The notes below the pieces were generated by a model. That model was given only the letters and a program-made list of their open reading frames with translations. It made no database searches and was not told where the DNA came from. Source: Macrostomum hystrix (lineage: Eukaryota; Animalia; Platyhelminthes). Taken from it: DNA of 64,000 nucleotides. The translations under genes and the position numbers were made by a program. The stretch is taken from the NCBI GenBank assembly GCA_950097015.1, contig CATNEN010000039.1, positions 16,058,001-16,122,000 of the forward strand, written 5' to 3'. Of the stretch, positions 1 through 11,300 are shown piece after piece. Each line of letters opens with the position of its first letter. Positions within the stretch are counted from its first letter, which is position 1.

Positions 1-303
1 ATTGATGATGAAATTCATTAAGAAGTTCATTATATTACAATAAATGTAAAATGTATAAATTCTTTTTTTTGGGTCGTAAAATAATCAACAAACGCATGAT
101 CAGCCTTCCTAAAATGCAGCGTATTATTCCCACACAAGGTTGAATCATAAATTATCTTTGTTTAAAAAAATTATCAACTAAAAGCAAATACAATCTGTAA
201 AGGCACGCCATCCCAGTTTTGTTGTGCAATGGATCATCAAAAACAATTCCATTTTTTTCTTGGTTTAGAAGACGGATGCAGCTGACTCAATCTCAGCGAG
301 GAA

Positions 304-792
304 TGAGTGAGTTCTAGAGTGAGTTCATGAGTGAGTTCATGAGTGACTTAATGAGTGAGTTCATGAGTGAGTTTATGAGTGAGTTTATGAGTGAGTTTAT
401 GAGTGAGTTCATGAGTGAGTTCATGAGTGAGTTCATGAGTGAGTTCATGAGTGAGTTCATGAGTGAGTTCATGAGTGAGTTTATGAGTGAGTTTATGAGT
501 GAGTTCATGAGTGAGTTCATGAGTGAGTTCAAGAGTGAGTTCAAGAGTGAGTTCATGAGTGAGTTCATGAGTGAGTTCATGAGTGAGTTCTAGAGTGAGT
601 TCATGAGTGAGTTCATGAGTGAGTTCATGAGTGAGTTCATGAGTGAGTTCATGAGTGAGTTCAAGAGTGAGTTCATGAGTGAGTTCATGAGTGAGTTCAT
701 GAGTGAGTTCATGAGTGAGTTCATGAGTGAGTTCATGAGTGAGTTCATGAGTGAGTTCATGAGTGAGTTCATGAGTGAGTTCATGAGTGAGT
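304..792. repeat. 12-bp minisatellite (ATGAGTGAGTTC)n
   Basis: About 40 tandem units. Confidence 0.97.
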
Positions 793-1488
793 TGTTTACT
801 TTCTGGGTGAGCTCATGACTATCTGAATTTCTCGAGTTAAAATAAAAAGTGAAAAGTGTTTATGTTTCACTTTTAAATATATCGGTGCCAGAGAAGCTCT
901 AGGCAGAGGCTAAATACCTATCCAATTCAACCTCACGAAACGAAACCCACGCGAACCCCAACCGCTCTCCTTATCCACCTTATCAGGCGGGGTCACGCGC
1001 TGTGAATTAGATTTCTACCCTGCAGCAACCCCCACCCCTCGCCCAAACCGCAACAGCATTTCCCCCTCTCTCTCTCACTCTCACCCACCCCTTCCACTCC
1101 TCCTTAATTGTGGTTCCTAGATTTCGGCGCGAAGTGCCAAAAACCGGAGGTTGGGGTGGTTGGCGCCGGTCAAGTATTGGCGCGAACTAACTGTAACTTG
1201 TTCCAATGTCCTGGGCCAGCTAGCAATCCCCTTGAGGATTGTGAGAGAAAGCCAGAGAGAGAAGATGAGCGAGTATATTCGCACCGGACGGCTTGCACTT
1301 TGACAGACCGCTGTGCAAGATAATTTTTCGGACCCAAATTCCCAATATAGGCTTAGAAGTCCAGAAATTCAGTTCATTCATTATTCAATTGCAGGGATAA
1401 GATAGTGTGGGAAAATTTTCTAAAGTGCCATTTTTTCCAAAGACAACGTCAAATTACTGTTCAATTTAGAAGAAATAACTTCAGAGCG

Positions 1489-1723
1489 TGAGTGGCAGAG
1501 CGGTTAACGCGTTTGCCTCTCGCATAAATGTCCCAGAGCTCGATTTCGCGGCGAGGTCACATTCATTTGGGGCGCAATTTACGCCCTTTAGGGCCAACCT
1601 CCAAGGCACTGTGACAGTGTACACTGCCTGACGATGAGAAAGTCAGGGCAGATGTACACACCTGTGTGAGCGTGCGCCTGCGTACGGCTGGCTGCGGGTC
1701 TAGTGTCACCAAACGATGTGCCA

Positions 1724-1800
<77 letters not shown>
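1489..1800 (+). mobile_element. tRNA-derived SINE family A copy with (TCTG)n tail
   Basis: A-box TGGCAGAGCGG and a B-box-like GCTCGATTTC. Homologous to 13790-14232. Confidence 0.7.
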
Positions 1801-1904
1801 TTTTCTGTTTGTCTGTTCTAACTGTTTTATGCATTTGTTTAATATGTTCAGTGCTGTCACATTGAATTATTGTATATACGACTAGTTGTGTTTTAACGGT
1901 TCGA

Positions 1905-2142
1905 CTTGAAGGTCGTGGTTTCGATTCCGAACTCTCGCTGTAAAAGTTTGTGTCCTTTAGCAGTTAAGTGGGTACCAGCATCAGCTGGAGTAATTGAGGT
2001 TGGTTGGGGCGTCCCCCCAGTCCATGGACTGAACAGCCGTACGCAGCCTTCAGAGCCAATAGCTGCGGCTGTGCTGTCGGCTGCACGTCTGGCCTAATTG
2101 GGGCAGGTGTAATCAATCTCATCTATAATAATAATTATTATT
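1905..2142 (+). mobile_element. SINE family B copy (Deu/Nin-like core)
   Basis: B-box-like TTTCGATTCC, TGGGTACCAGC and GTCCATGGACTGAACAGCCGTACGCAGC are shared with 12775-12990. (AAT)n tail. Confidence 0.6.
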
Positions 2143-2191
2143 GCGAGTTGCTAGCAGTCTCATATTTTGCAATAAAAAACTTCAATTCCAG

Positions 2192-2338
2192 TGAAAGACG
2201 AAGTGCCGACAACATTCAACGGTCTGGGCTATATCTATCTGAACATCAGCAACTTTATGTGGGGCCTGCAGGGCGACTCGGACAGCATCAGCCTGCAGTA
2301 CAGGACTAGACAGCTGACCGCCTTCCTCATCTATGCCG
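2192..2338 (+). CDS. NRXN: Neurexin exon (LNS2 N-terminal part)
   Basis: ccag|TGAAAGAC...GCCG|gtgagt. Encodes KDEVPTTFNGLGYIYL...DSDSISLQYRTRQLTAFLIYAG, like LNS2 ATFKG...SDEITLSFKT. Not in the ORF track. Confidence 0.9.
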
Positions 2339-5300
2339 GTGAGTGGCAATGGGTGTAGATCAGTGTCTAGATGTGGATAGATCAGTGTCTAGATTTAGAT
2401 AGATTAGTGTCTGGATGTGGATAGATCAGTGTCTAGATATGGATAGATCAGTGTCTAGATGTAGATAGATCAGTCTCTAGATTTAGATAGATCAGTGTCT
2501 AGATTTATATAGATCAGTGTCTGGATGTGGATAGATCAGTGTCTAGATATGGATAGATCAGTGTCTAGATTTATATAGATCAGTGTCTGGATGTGGATAG
2601 ATCAGTGTCTAGATGTGGATAGATCAGTGTCTAGATTTATATAGATCAGTGTCTGGATGTGGATAGATCAGTGTCTAGATGTGGATAGATCAGTGTCTAG
2701 ATGTAGATAGATCAGTGTCTTGACGTGGATAGATCAGTGCCTTGTTGTGGATAGATGAGTGCCTTGTTGTGGATAGATCAGTGCCTTGTTGTGGATAGAT
2801 CAGTTCCTTGTTGTGGATAGATCAGTGCATTGTTGTGGATAGATCAGTTCCTTGTTGTGGATAGATCAGTTCCTTATTGTGCATAGATCAGTGCCTTGTT
2901 GTGCATAGATCAGTTCCTTGTTGTGCATAGATCAGTGCCTTGTTGTGGATAGATCAGTTCCTTGTTGTGGATAGATGAGTGCCTTGTTGTGGATAGATCA
3001 GTGACTTGTTGTGGATAGATCAGTGCCTTTTTGTGCATAGATCAGTTCCTTGTTGTGGATAGATCAGTGCCTTGTTGTGCATAGATCAGTTCCTTGTTGT
3101 GCATAGATCAGTTCCTTGTTGTGCATAGATCAGTGCCTTGTTGTGGATAGATCAGTTCCTTGTTGTGCATAGATGAGTGCCTTGTTGTGGATAGATCAGT
3201 GACTTGTTGTGGATAGATCAGTGCCTTTTTGTGCATAGATCAGTTCCTTGTTGTGGATAGATCAGTTCCTTGTTGTGGATAGATGAGTGCCTTGTTGTGG
3301 ATAGATCAGTGACTTGTTGTGGATAGATCAGTGCCTAGATGTGAATAAAGCATGTCGAGCCACTTAGGGATGAGTGCCTTGGCGTGATTCGACCCTGACA
3401 AAATTTATTTTACGTAGCAAAATTTATTAAAAAATCATATTGGATGAGTTTTGGAGGCCGAGATTTTGATCGATGCTTTAAATCCATTCTGAAATCCAAA
3501 CAAATTATGACTTTTAGAGGCTAAATATTGTAGTCAACCTTCTGATGCCCTGCTTAAATCCATGTGCAGTCCTAAAAAATCCCTATGGTTATATTTCCTG
3601 TCGGTATTTTTCAGCCTTCAACGTCGCTAGCAGAGGTTGTAAAAAATGAGCATCGATGAGTTGCCTTACGTATGAGCAGCACACTTTGCCAGCTCGCTAC
3701 ATTTCTCTTCTCTCTGCCTCTCTGTCATGTCCCTAGCGCAACCATTTTTATGTCAGGCCTGGGAGTGTTGCATTCCATGGTGCTATGCTACACTGAAGTA
3801 CTCTTGGTACTCATCTAATATTCTGATTCTGATAATTCTACCACTCCAACACTCTCCCCACACTTATTCTCCCCTCAATATCACTCTGCATCCCTCTCCC
3901 TCCCTCTCACTCTCCCTACCTCTCACTCTCCCCTACCTCTCACTCTCCCCTCCCTCTCACTCTCCCTACATCTCACTCCCCCCTCCTTCTCACTCTCCCT
4001 CCTTCTCACTCTCCCATCCCTCTCACTCTCCCCTCCCTCTCACTCTCCCCTCCCTCTCACTCTCCCCTCCCTCTCACTCTCCCTACATCTCACTCTCCCC
4101 TCCTTCTCACTCTCCCTCCTTCTCACTCTCCCCTACCTCTCACTCTCCCCTCCCTCTCACTCTCCCCTCCCTCTCACTCTCCCTACCTCTCACTCTCCCC
4201 TCCCTCTCACTCTCCCCTCCCTCTCACTCTCCCTACCTCTCACTCTCCCCTCCCTCTCACTCTCCCCTCCCTCTCACTCTCCCTACCTCTCACTCTCCCC
4301 TCCCTCTCACTCTCCCCTCCCTCTCACTCTCCCCTCCCTCTCACTCTCCCTACATCTCACTCTCCCCTCCTTCTCACTCTCCCTCCTTCTCACTCTCCCC
4401 TCCCTCTCACTCTCCCCTCCCTCTCACTCTCCCCTCCCTCTCACTCTCCCTACATCTCACTCTCCCCTCCTTCTCACTCTCCCTCCTTCTCACTCTCCCC
4501 TCCCTCTCACTCTCCCTCCTTCTCACTCTCCCATCCCTCTCACTCTCCCCTCCCTCTCACTCTCCCCTTCCTCTCACTCTCCCCTCCCTCTCACTCTCCA
4601 CCCCTCTCACTCTCCCCTACCTCTCACTCTCCCTGCATCTCACTCTCCCCTCATCACCTATTTTAAATCTAAATCTATATCGCCTGTCACCTGAGGGCTA
4701 TGCTCGCAAACCAAGTCGAACTGTCAATCAGGATCAGTCAGAAAAAAGCCGCATTTCCTATGATTTCTGTCTTACTGATCTTTCAGAATAAAAGTGGCCC
4801 TCTTAGAATGAGTGCCGTAGTTACTCGGCTGAGCTTAAATCCCTTGAAGCCTTTCGCCTCGCTCACTATTAAGTCGCTCATCTTTAAGCCGAATCTAAGT
4901 ATTCACTAGAGGGAAGAAAATATACGGAGAGAAAGATAGTTAGTGTCTCCAATTTCTTCACATTCTCTTCTTATTAAGCTGCGAGATGAATGCTAAATGC
5001 TTGTCTTAATGCGCAGTATTAGCTTGTAATAGTTCTACTAATTATAAGGGTTGGGTGTGTCAGACAATGAGGGTTGGGTGTGTCAGATAATGAGAGTTGG
5101 GTGTGTCAGATAATGAGAGTTGGGTGTGTCAGACAATGAGGGTTGGGTGTGTCAGATAATGAGAGTTGGGTGTGTCAGATAATGAGTTGGGTGTGTCAGA
5201 TAATGAGTTGGGTGTGTCAGATAATGAGAGTTGGGTGTGTCAGATAATGAGTTGGGTGTGTCAGATAATGATGGTTGGGTATGTCAGATATTGAGTTGGG

Positions 5301-8300
5301 TGTGTCAGATAATGAGTTGGGTGTGTCAGATAATGAGAGTTGGGTGTGTCAGATAATGAGTTGGGTGTGTCAGATAATGAGAGTTGGGTGTGTCAGATAA
5401 TGAGGGTTGGGTGTGTCAGATAATGAGGGTTGGGTGTGTCAGATAATGAGTTGGGTGTGTCAGATAATGAGGGTTGGGTGTGTCAGATAATGAGTTGGGT
5501 GTGTCAGATAATGAGTTGGGTGTGTCAGATAATGAGTTGGGTATGTCAGATAATGAGAGTTGGGTGTGTCAGATAATGAGTTGGGTGTGTCAGATAATGA
5601 GAGTTGGGTGTGTCAGATAATGAGTTGGGTGTGTCAGATAATGAGAGTTGGGTGTGTCAGATAATGAGGGTTGGGTGTGTCAGATAATGAGTTGGGTATG
5701 TCAGATAATGAGAGTTGGGTGTGTCAGACAATGAGGGTTGGGTGTGTCAGATAATGAGGGTTGGGTGTGTCAGATAATGAGTTGGGTATGTCAGATAATG
5801 AGAGTTGGGTGTGTCAGATAATGAGTTGGGTGTGTCAGATAATGAGAGTTGGGTGTGTCAGATAATGAGGGTTGGCTGTGTCAGATAATGAGAGTTGGGT
5901 GTGTCAGATAATGAGTTGGGTATGTCAGATAATGAGTTGGGTGTGTCTGAGGATGAATGGGGTGTGTCAGAGGTTAAGGCGTGGGTGTGTCAGAGGATGA
6001 GTAGGGTGTGTCAGAGGTTAAGGCGTGGGTGTGTCAGAGGATGAATGGGGGGTCAGTGAATAAACAATCTTAATGCAATAAGTCTGTTTTGCTAGGCACT
6101 GACCGGTCGCACTCAACGGCTGGTTCGTCGGGTATTTCAATGCCCAGCGACTTCATCTCAGTCGGCCTACAAAACGGCAGTCTATCATTGGACATGAGCG
6201 CGGGAGGTGTGGCTTCGAATTTCCGAGTCGACCCCATTACGGGAGACGACGCGACGCAGCCCGTCATCTTTGCCGACAGTCGCTGGCATCGGTTGCAGAT
6301 TTTGCGCAGAAGGGAAAAGGTTCGAAACCTGTCATTTTGAACAACATTACATTTTTTTTCTATAAAGTTACTAATCATTAGGAATACTAATCTATTTTTA
6401 TTTTTCGTTTGTTTTAATAAGTAGAAATTTCTTAACTATACATAATTGTAGATTGTTTGAATTAATTTTCGTCAATTTTACCTGAATTATCAGAGGCTAA
6501 TTTGATATTATTTAGCTAACAGTTATAACAAATCGATAGTGTGTGCAATTGTAATCCACAGATTCAATGTTCAACTCATACAATCATTACCAGTGCCTTG
6601 GGAAATACTTTGGGATAATATTCCCCCCCCCCTAGTTCGATTCACCTGAAGAATCGATTTCTCGACCTGGAAAAAAACGAATTCATCTAGAACCTTGCAG
6701 CTAATCTCGAGTTAGATTAGGGAAATCTTTGCTTCTTCCCAGCTACACTCTCCTCGGCCTGTTATTAATTACTAATCGATTGTGTACATAGGCGTGACGT
6801 GAATTTTCTAAGAAATAGGGAATTTTCTAAGAAATAGGGAATTTTCTAAGAAATAGGGTATTTTCTAAATTTCGAGCGAACGAATCGATAAATATTCGTT
6901 TTAAATCGGTGCACTTTTTGCTTTACAAAAAATGATTTACTTTTTTATACAATTTATGTCACTTTTTGTATTCGTTTTAAATCGTTAAATGCAATGCAAT
7001 ATGCATACTACCGTTTTCATCTGTTAAAAATACTTCCCTTGATTTTAACAAATTACGTTTTTTATTCAAAACCTAATTAAAGGAGTCGAAAATATTAAAG
7101 GTAAGGTGTTGTCTTAGATTTTATTATTAGAGTTTTTATTATATATTAGACAGACATCTTGGCACAATCATCTACCACCTTTGTTGCCACTGTTTCAGTA
7201 TGTAGCTTTTGAAGTGCATTTGCAGTTTAAATTTTAATTTGCCTGTCAGAAAAATAAAGGGTGGAAGAAAAAGGGGCAGTCAGGGGTGTCAGGGATGCCA
7301 AGGGATGTGATTAGCCTCTGTAGGGTGTCAGGGATATCAAGGGTGTCAGGAATGTCAGGAATGTCAGGAATGTCAGGAATGTCAGGAATGTCAGGGGTGT
7401 CAGGAATGTCAGGGGTGTCAGGAATGTCAGTGGCGTCAGGAATGTCAGGGGTGTCAGGCATGTCAAGGGATGTGATTGGCCTCTGTAGTTCATGGGTGAT
7501 AGGGTGTCAGGGGTGTCAGGTATAAGGGTGTCAGCGATATCCAGGGTGTCAGGGGTATCAGGAATGTCAGGGGTGTCACGAATGACAGGGGTGTCAGGAA
7601 TGTCAGGGGTGTCAGGAATGTCAGGGGTGTCACGAATGTCAGGGGTGTCACTAATGTCAGGGGTGTCAGGAATGTCAGGGGTGTCACGAATGTCAGGGGT
7701 GTCAGGAATGTCAGGGGTGTCAGGAATGTCAGGGGTGTCGGGAATGTCAGGGGTGTCAGGAATGTCAGGGGTGTCAGGAGTGTCATGTGTCAGAATTAGC
7801 AATAGAACATGAGTGCTATCCAATTGGATATTTATGATTATATCTTACAAATGTTATCTAGATCGTACAAAAAATAAATATTATCGAAGTGTATCAAAAA
7901 TTAAACTGAACTACTAAGCCTCATCCTCCTGTATTGCATGCATGCCTTAAGTGTGATAGCTTCAGTGTGGTAGATAGCTTCAGTGCAACCTATTGCGTGT
8001 TGTTTACCAGCGGTTTTTTGCAATCGAAAACTTTTTCACCCCTAGAAACAAAGCTGCCTGGTTGCCTAGCAACAGGGATTTCCCTCTCGAAACAGGAACT
8101 TCCTATGCCCTTGAATTTTGTAGCTAGTAAAACTAATTATCATGTATTTTTTTATTTTTTTATTCGCATATAAAATATTATGCGAATAATTGTTGTGTCA
8201 TTCGTTTTGTTTGATTCTAAGATTCTTTGACTCATGAAAGTGAGTCATGATGGGATAATATTTAGGACACAAAAATAGGTTGTCAGAACAGAGACAATAG

Positions 8301-11300
8301 TATCAGGACATGGAATTTAATGTCAGGGTATGGAGTAGGTAGTCAGGAGATGGAGTAGGTTGTCAGGAGATGGGGTAGGTTGTCAGCAGATGGACTAGGT
8401 TGTCAGGAGATGGGGTAGGTTGTCAGGAGATGGAGTGGGTTGTCAGGCCTGGAGAGTTCAGCGTGATTACAAATGAAATCAAAGAATGAACCACTTTGTC
8501 CTCTTAACCAGGCAATTGCAAATTTAAGTCAAAATGTCACTCAAAAAATTTCAGGTGGAGATAATATTCGACGATCGGGTTCTTCGCCGACTTTCTGTCC
8601 GTCAGAGCGGCGCCCTCGTCAGCAAGACTCTGTACCTAGGCGGCCATCGGGAACGGTGGCTATTATCGGCCACGGCTTCGGTCACAGACGCCAGTGAAAT
8701 CTTCTTCAAGGGTTGCATGAGAGAGGTGGCTCACAGTTCTATAATTACACTAAATAAGAAAGGTTCTTAACTTTACATTATATTCTCATAGATTAAGAAA
8801 ACAGTAAGTTACGTCGTGGCTAGAATCGTAGCTAGAATCGTAGTTAGAATCGTAGTTAGAATCGTAGGTAGAATCGTAGTTAGAATCGTAGCTAGAATCG
8901 TAGCTGGAATCGTAGCTAGAATCATAGCTAGAATCGTAGCTAGAGTCGTAGTTAGAATCGTAGCTAGAATCGAAGTTAGAATCGTAGCTAGAATCATAGC
9001 TAGAAACGTAGCTAGAATCGTAGCTACAGTCGTAGTTAGAATCGTAGCTAGAATCGAAGTTAGAATTGGAGCTAGAATCGTAGCAAGAATCGTAGTTAGA
9101 ATCTTAGCTAGAATCGGTTTTAGGTAAAAGTGCAATTCATTGGGTTGAAAAATGTTCTTTTGAAAACTAAAACTACAGAAATTAGTTTTCCAAGGACTTC
9201 TGTCCAAGCGGGGTAGATACGATGTTTTTTTCAATTTTAGTGAAGGAACTGGACAAAGTTAATGGGGAGAACAGAGACGGAGAGAGGGGAGGAAGCAAAC
9301 GCACCTCCCTAAGTTACCATATCCCAAATAGGGATTTAAAGATAAGGAGGGATTATATAGATAATATATTTGATGGAACTGTCTCAGTCGCAAGATCTGC
9401 TGCCAAGCAGTTTCTGATGGCGCCTTAAGGCGTAAAGGCGCATTGCCCTAGAAGAGACGTACAGATGAAAGGGTAGAAAGAAAGGAAAAAAATAGGAAAA
9501 AAAATTAGGGCAAGCGGCGAAGGAAGTTGAAGGTATTTTTTCCTTCTCTGCCCAGTTTCCTTTTTTGGAATCCCTACTCACAAAGCCAATTGAAATGGCT
9601 TCGCGCGGCAGAAGAAAAAAGGCCAGAAATTGTCACTAGGTTTTTATTCTGAGCACAATTGCTCAAGCCGCGGATGTGTTAGAAAGAGGGAAAACCTGGA
9701 ATGGTAGATGGAATGGTAGATGGAATGGTAGATGGAATGGTAGATGGAATGGTAGATGGAATGGTAGATGGAATGGTAGATGGAATGGTAGATGGAATGG
9801 TAAATGGAATGGTAGATGGAATGGTAGATGGAATGGTAGATGAGATGGTAGATGGAATGGTAGATGGAATGGTAGATGGACTGGTAGATGGAATGGTAGA
9901 TGGAATGGTAGATGGAATGGTAGATGGAATGGTAGATGGAATGGTAGATGGAATGGTAGATGGAATGGTAGATGGAATGGTAGATGGAATGGTAGATGGA
10001 ATGGTAGATGGAATGGTAAATGGAATGGTAGATGGAATGGTAGATGGAATGGTAGATGAGATGGTAGATGGAATGGTAGATGGAATGGTAGATGGACTGG
10101 TAGATGGAATGGTAGATGGAATGGTAGATGGAATGGTAGATGGAATGGTAGATGGAATGGTAGATGGAATGGTAAATGGAATGGTAGATGGAATGGTAGA
10201 TGGAATGGTAGATGGAATGGTAGATGGAATGGTAGATGGAATGGTAGATGGAATGGTAGATGGAATGGTAGATGGACTGGTAGATGGAATGGTAGATGAG
10301 ATGGTAGATGGAATGGTAGATGGAATGGTAGATGGAATCGTAGATGGAATTGTAGATGAAATTTTAGATGAGATGGTAGATGGAATGGTAGATGGAATGG
10401 TAGATGGAATGGTAGATGGAATGGTAGATGGAATGGTAGATGGAATTGTAGATGAAATTGTAGATGAGATGGTAGATGGAATGGTAGATGGAATGGTAGA
10501 TGGAATGGTAGATGAGATGGTAGATGGAATGGTAGATGGAATGGTAGATGGAATGGTAGATGAGATGGTAGATGGAATGGTAGATGGAATCGTAGATGGA
10601 ATGGTAGATGAAATCCGAGATGAAATCGTGGATGCAATCGTAGCTAGAATCAAAGCTAAAATCTAATTTTGCAATCGTAGATAAATAGTACATAGAATCG
10701 TAGATAAACAGTAGAGCGGGTGAATGGTAGACTGAGGTGAATGGTAGGGTGGGTGAATGGTAGGGTGGGTGAATGCTAGGTTGGGTGAATGCTAGGGTGG
10801 GTGGGTAGGTGTGTAAATGGAAGACTGGAGTGTATTGTAGGGTGGGTGTATGGTAGGGTGGGTGTATGGTAGGGTGGGTGAATGCTAGGTTGGGTGAATG
10901 CTAGGGTGTGTGGGTAGGTGGGTGAATGGTAAATCGGGTGAATGGTAAAGCGGGTGAATGGTAGAGTGAGTGAATGGTAGGGTGGGTGTATGGTAGGGTG
11001 GGTGTATGGTAGGGTGGGTGAATGGTAGGGTGGGTGTATGGTAGGGTGGGTGAATGCTAGGTTGGGTGAATGCTAGGGTGTGTGGGTAGGTGAGTGAATG
11101 GTAAATCGGGTGAATGGTAAAGCGGGTGAATGGTAGAGTGAGTGAATGGTAGGATGGGTGAATGGTAGAGTGAGTGAATGGTAGGATGGGTGAATGCTAG
11201 GGTGAGTGAATGGTAGGATGGGTGAATGGTAGAGTGAGTGAATGGTAGGGTGGGTGAATGGTAGAGTGAGTGAATGGTAGGATGGGTGAATGGTAGGGTG

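Noticed and set aside
1623-1652. CTGACGA-TGA-GAAA as a hammerhead ribozyme (also at ~13985)
   Set aside because: There is no stem II and no stem III/NUH triplet. The segment folds as a simple hairpin inside the SINE.
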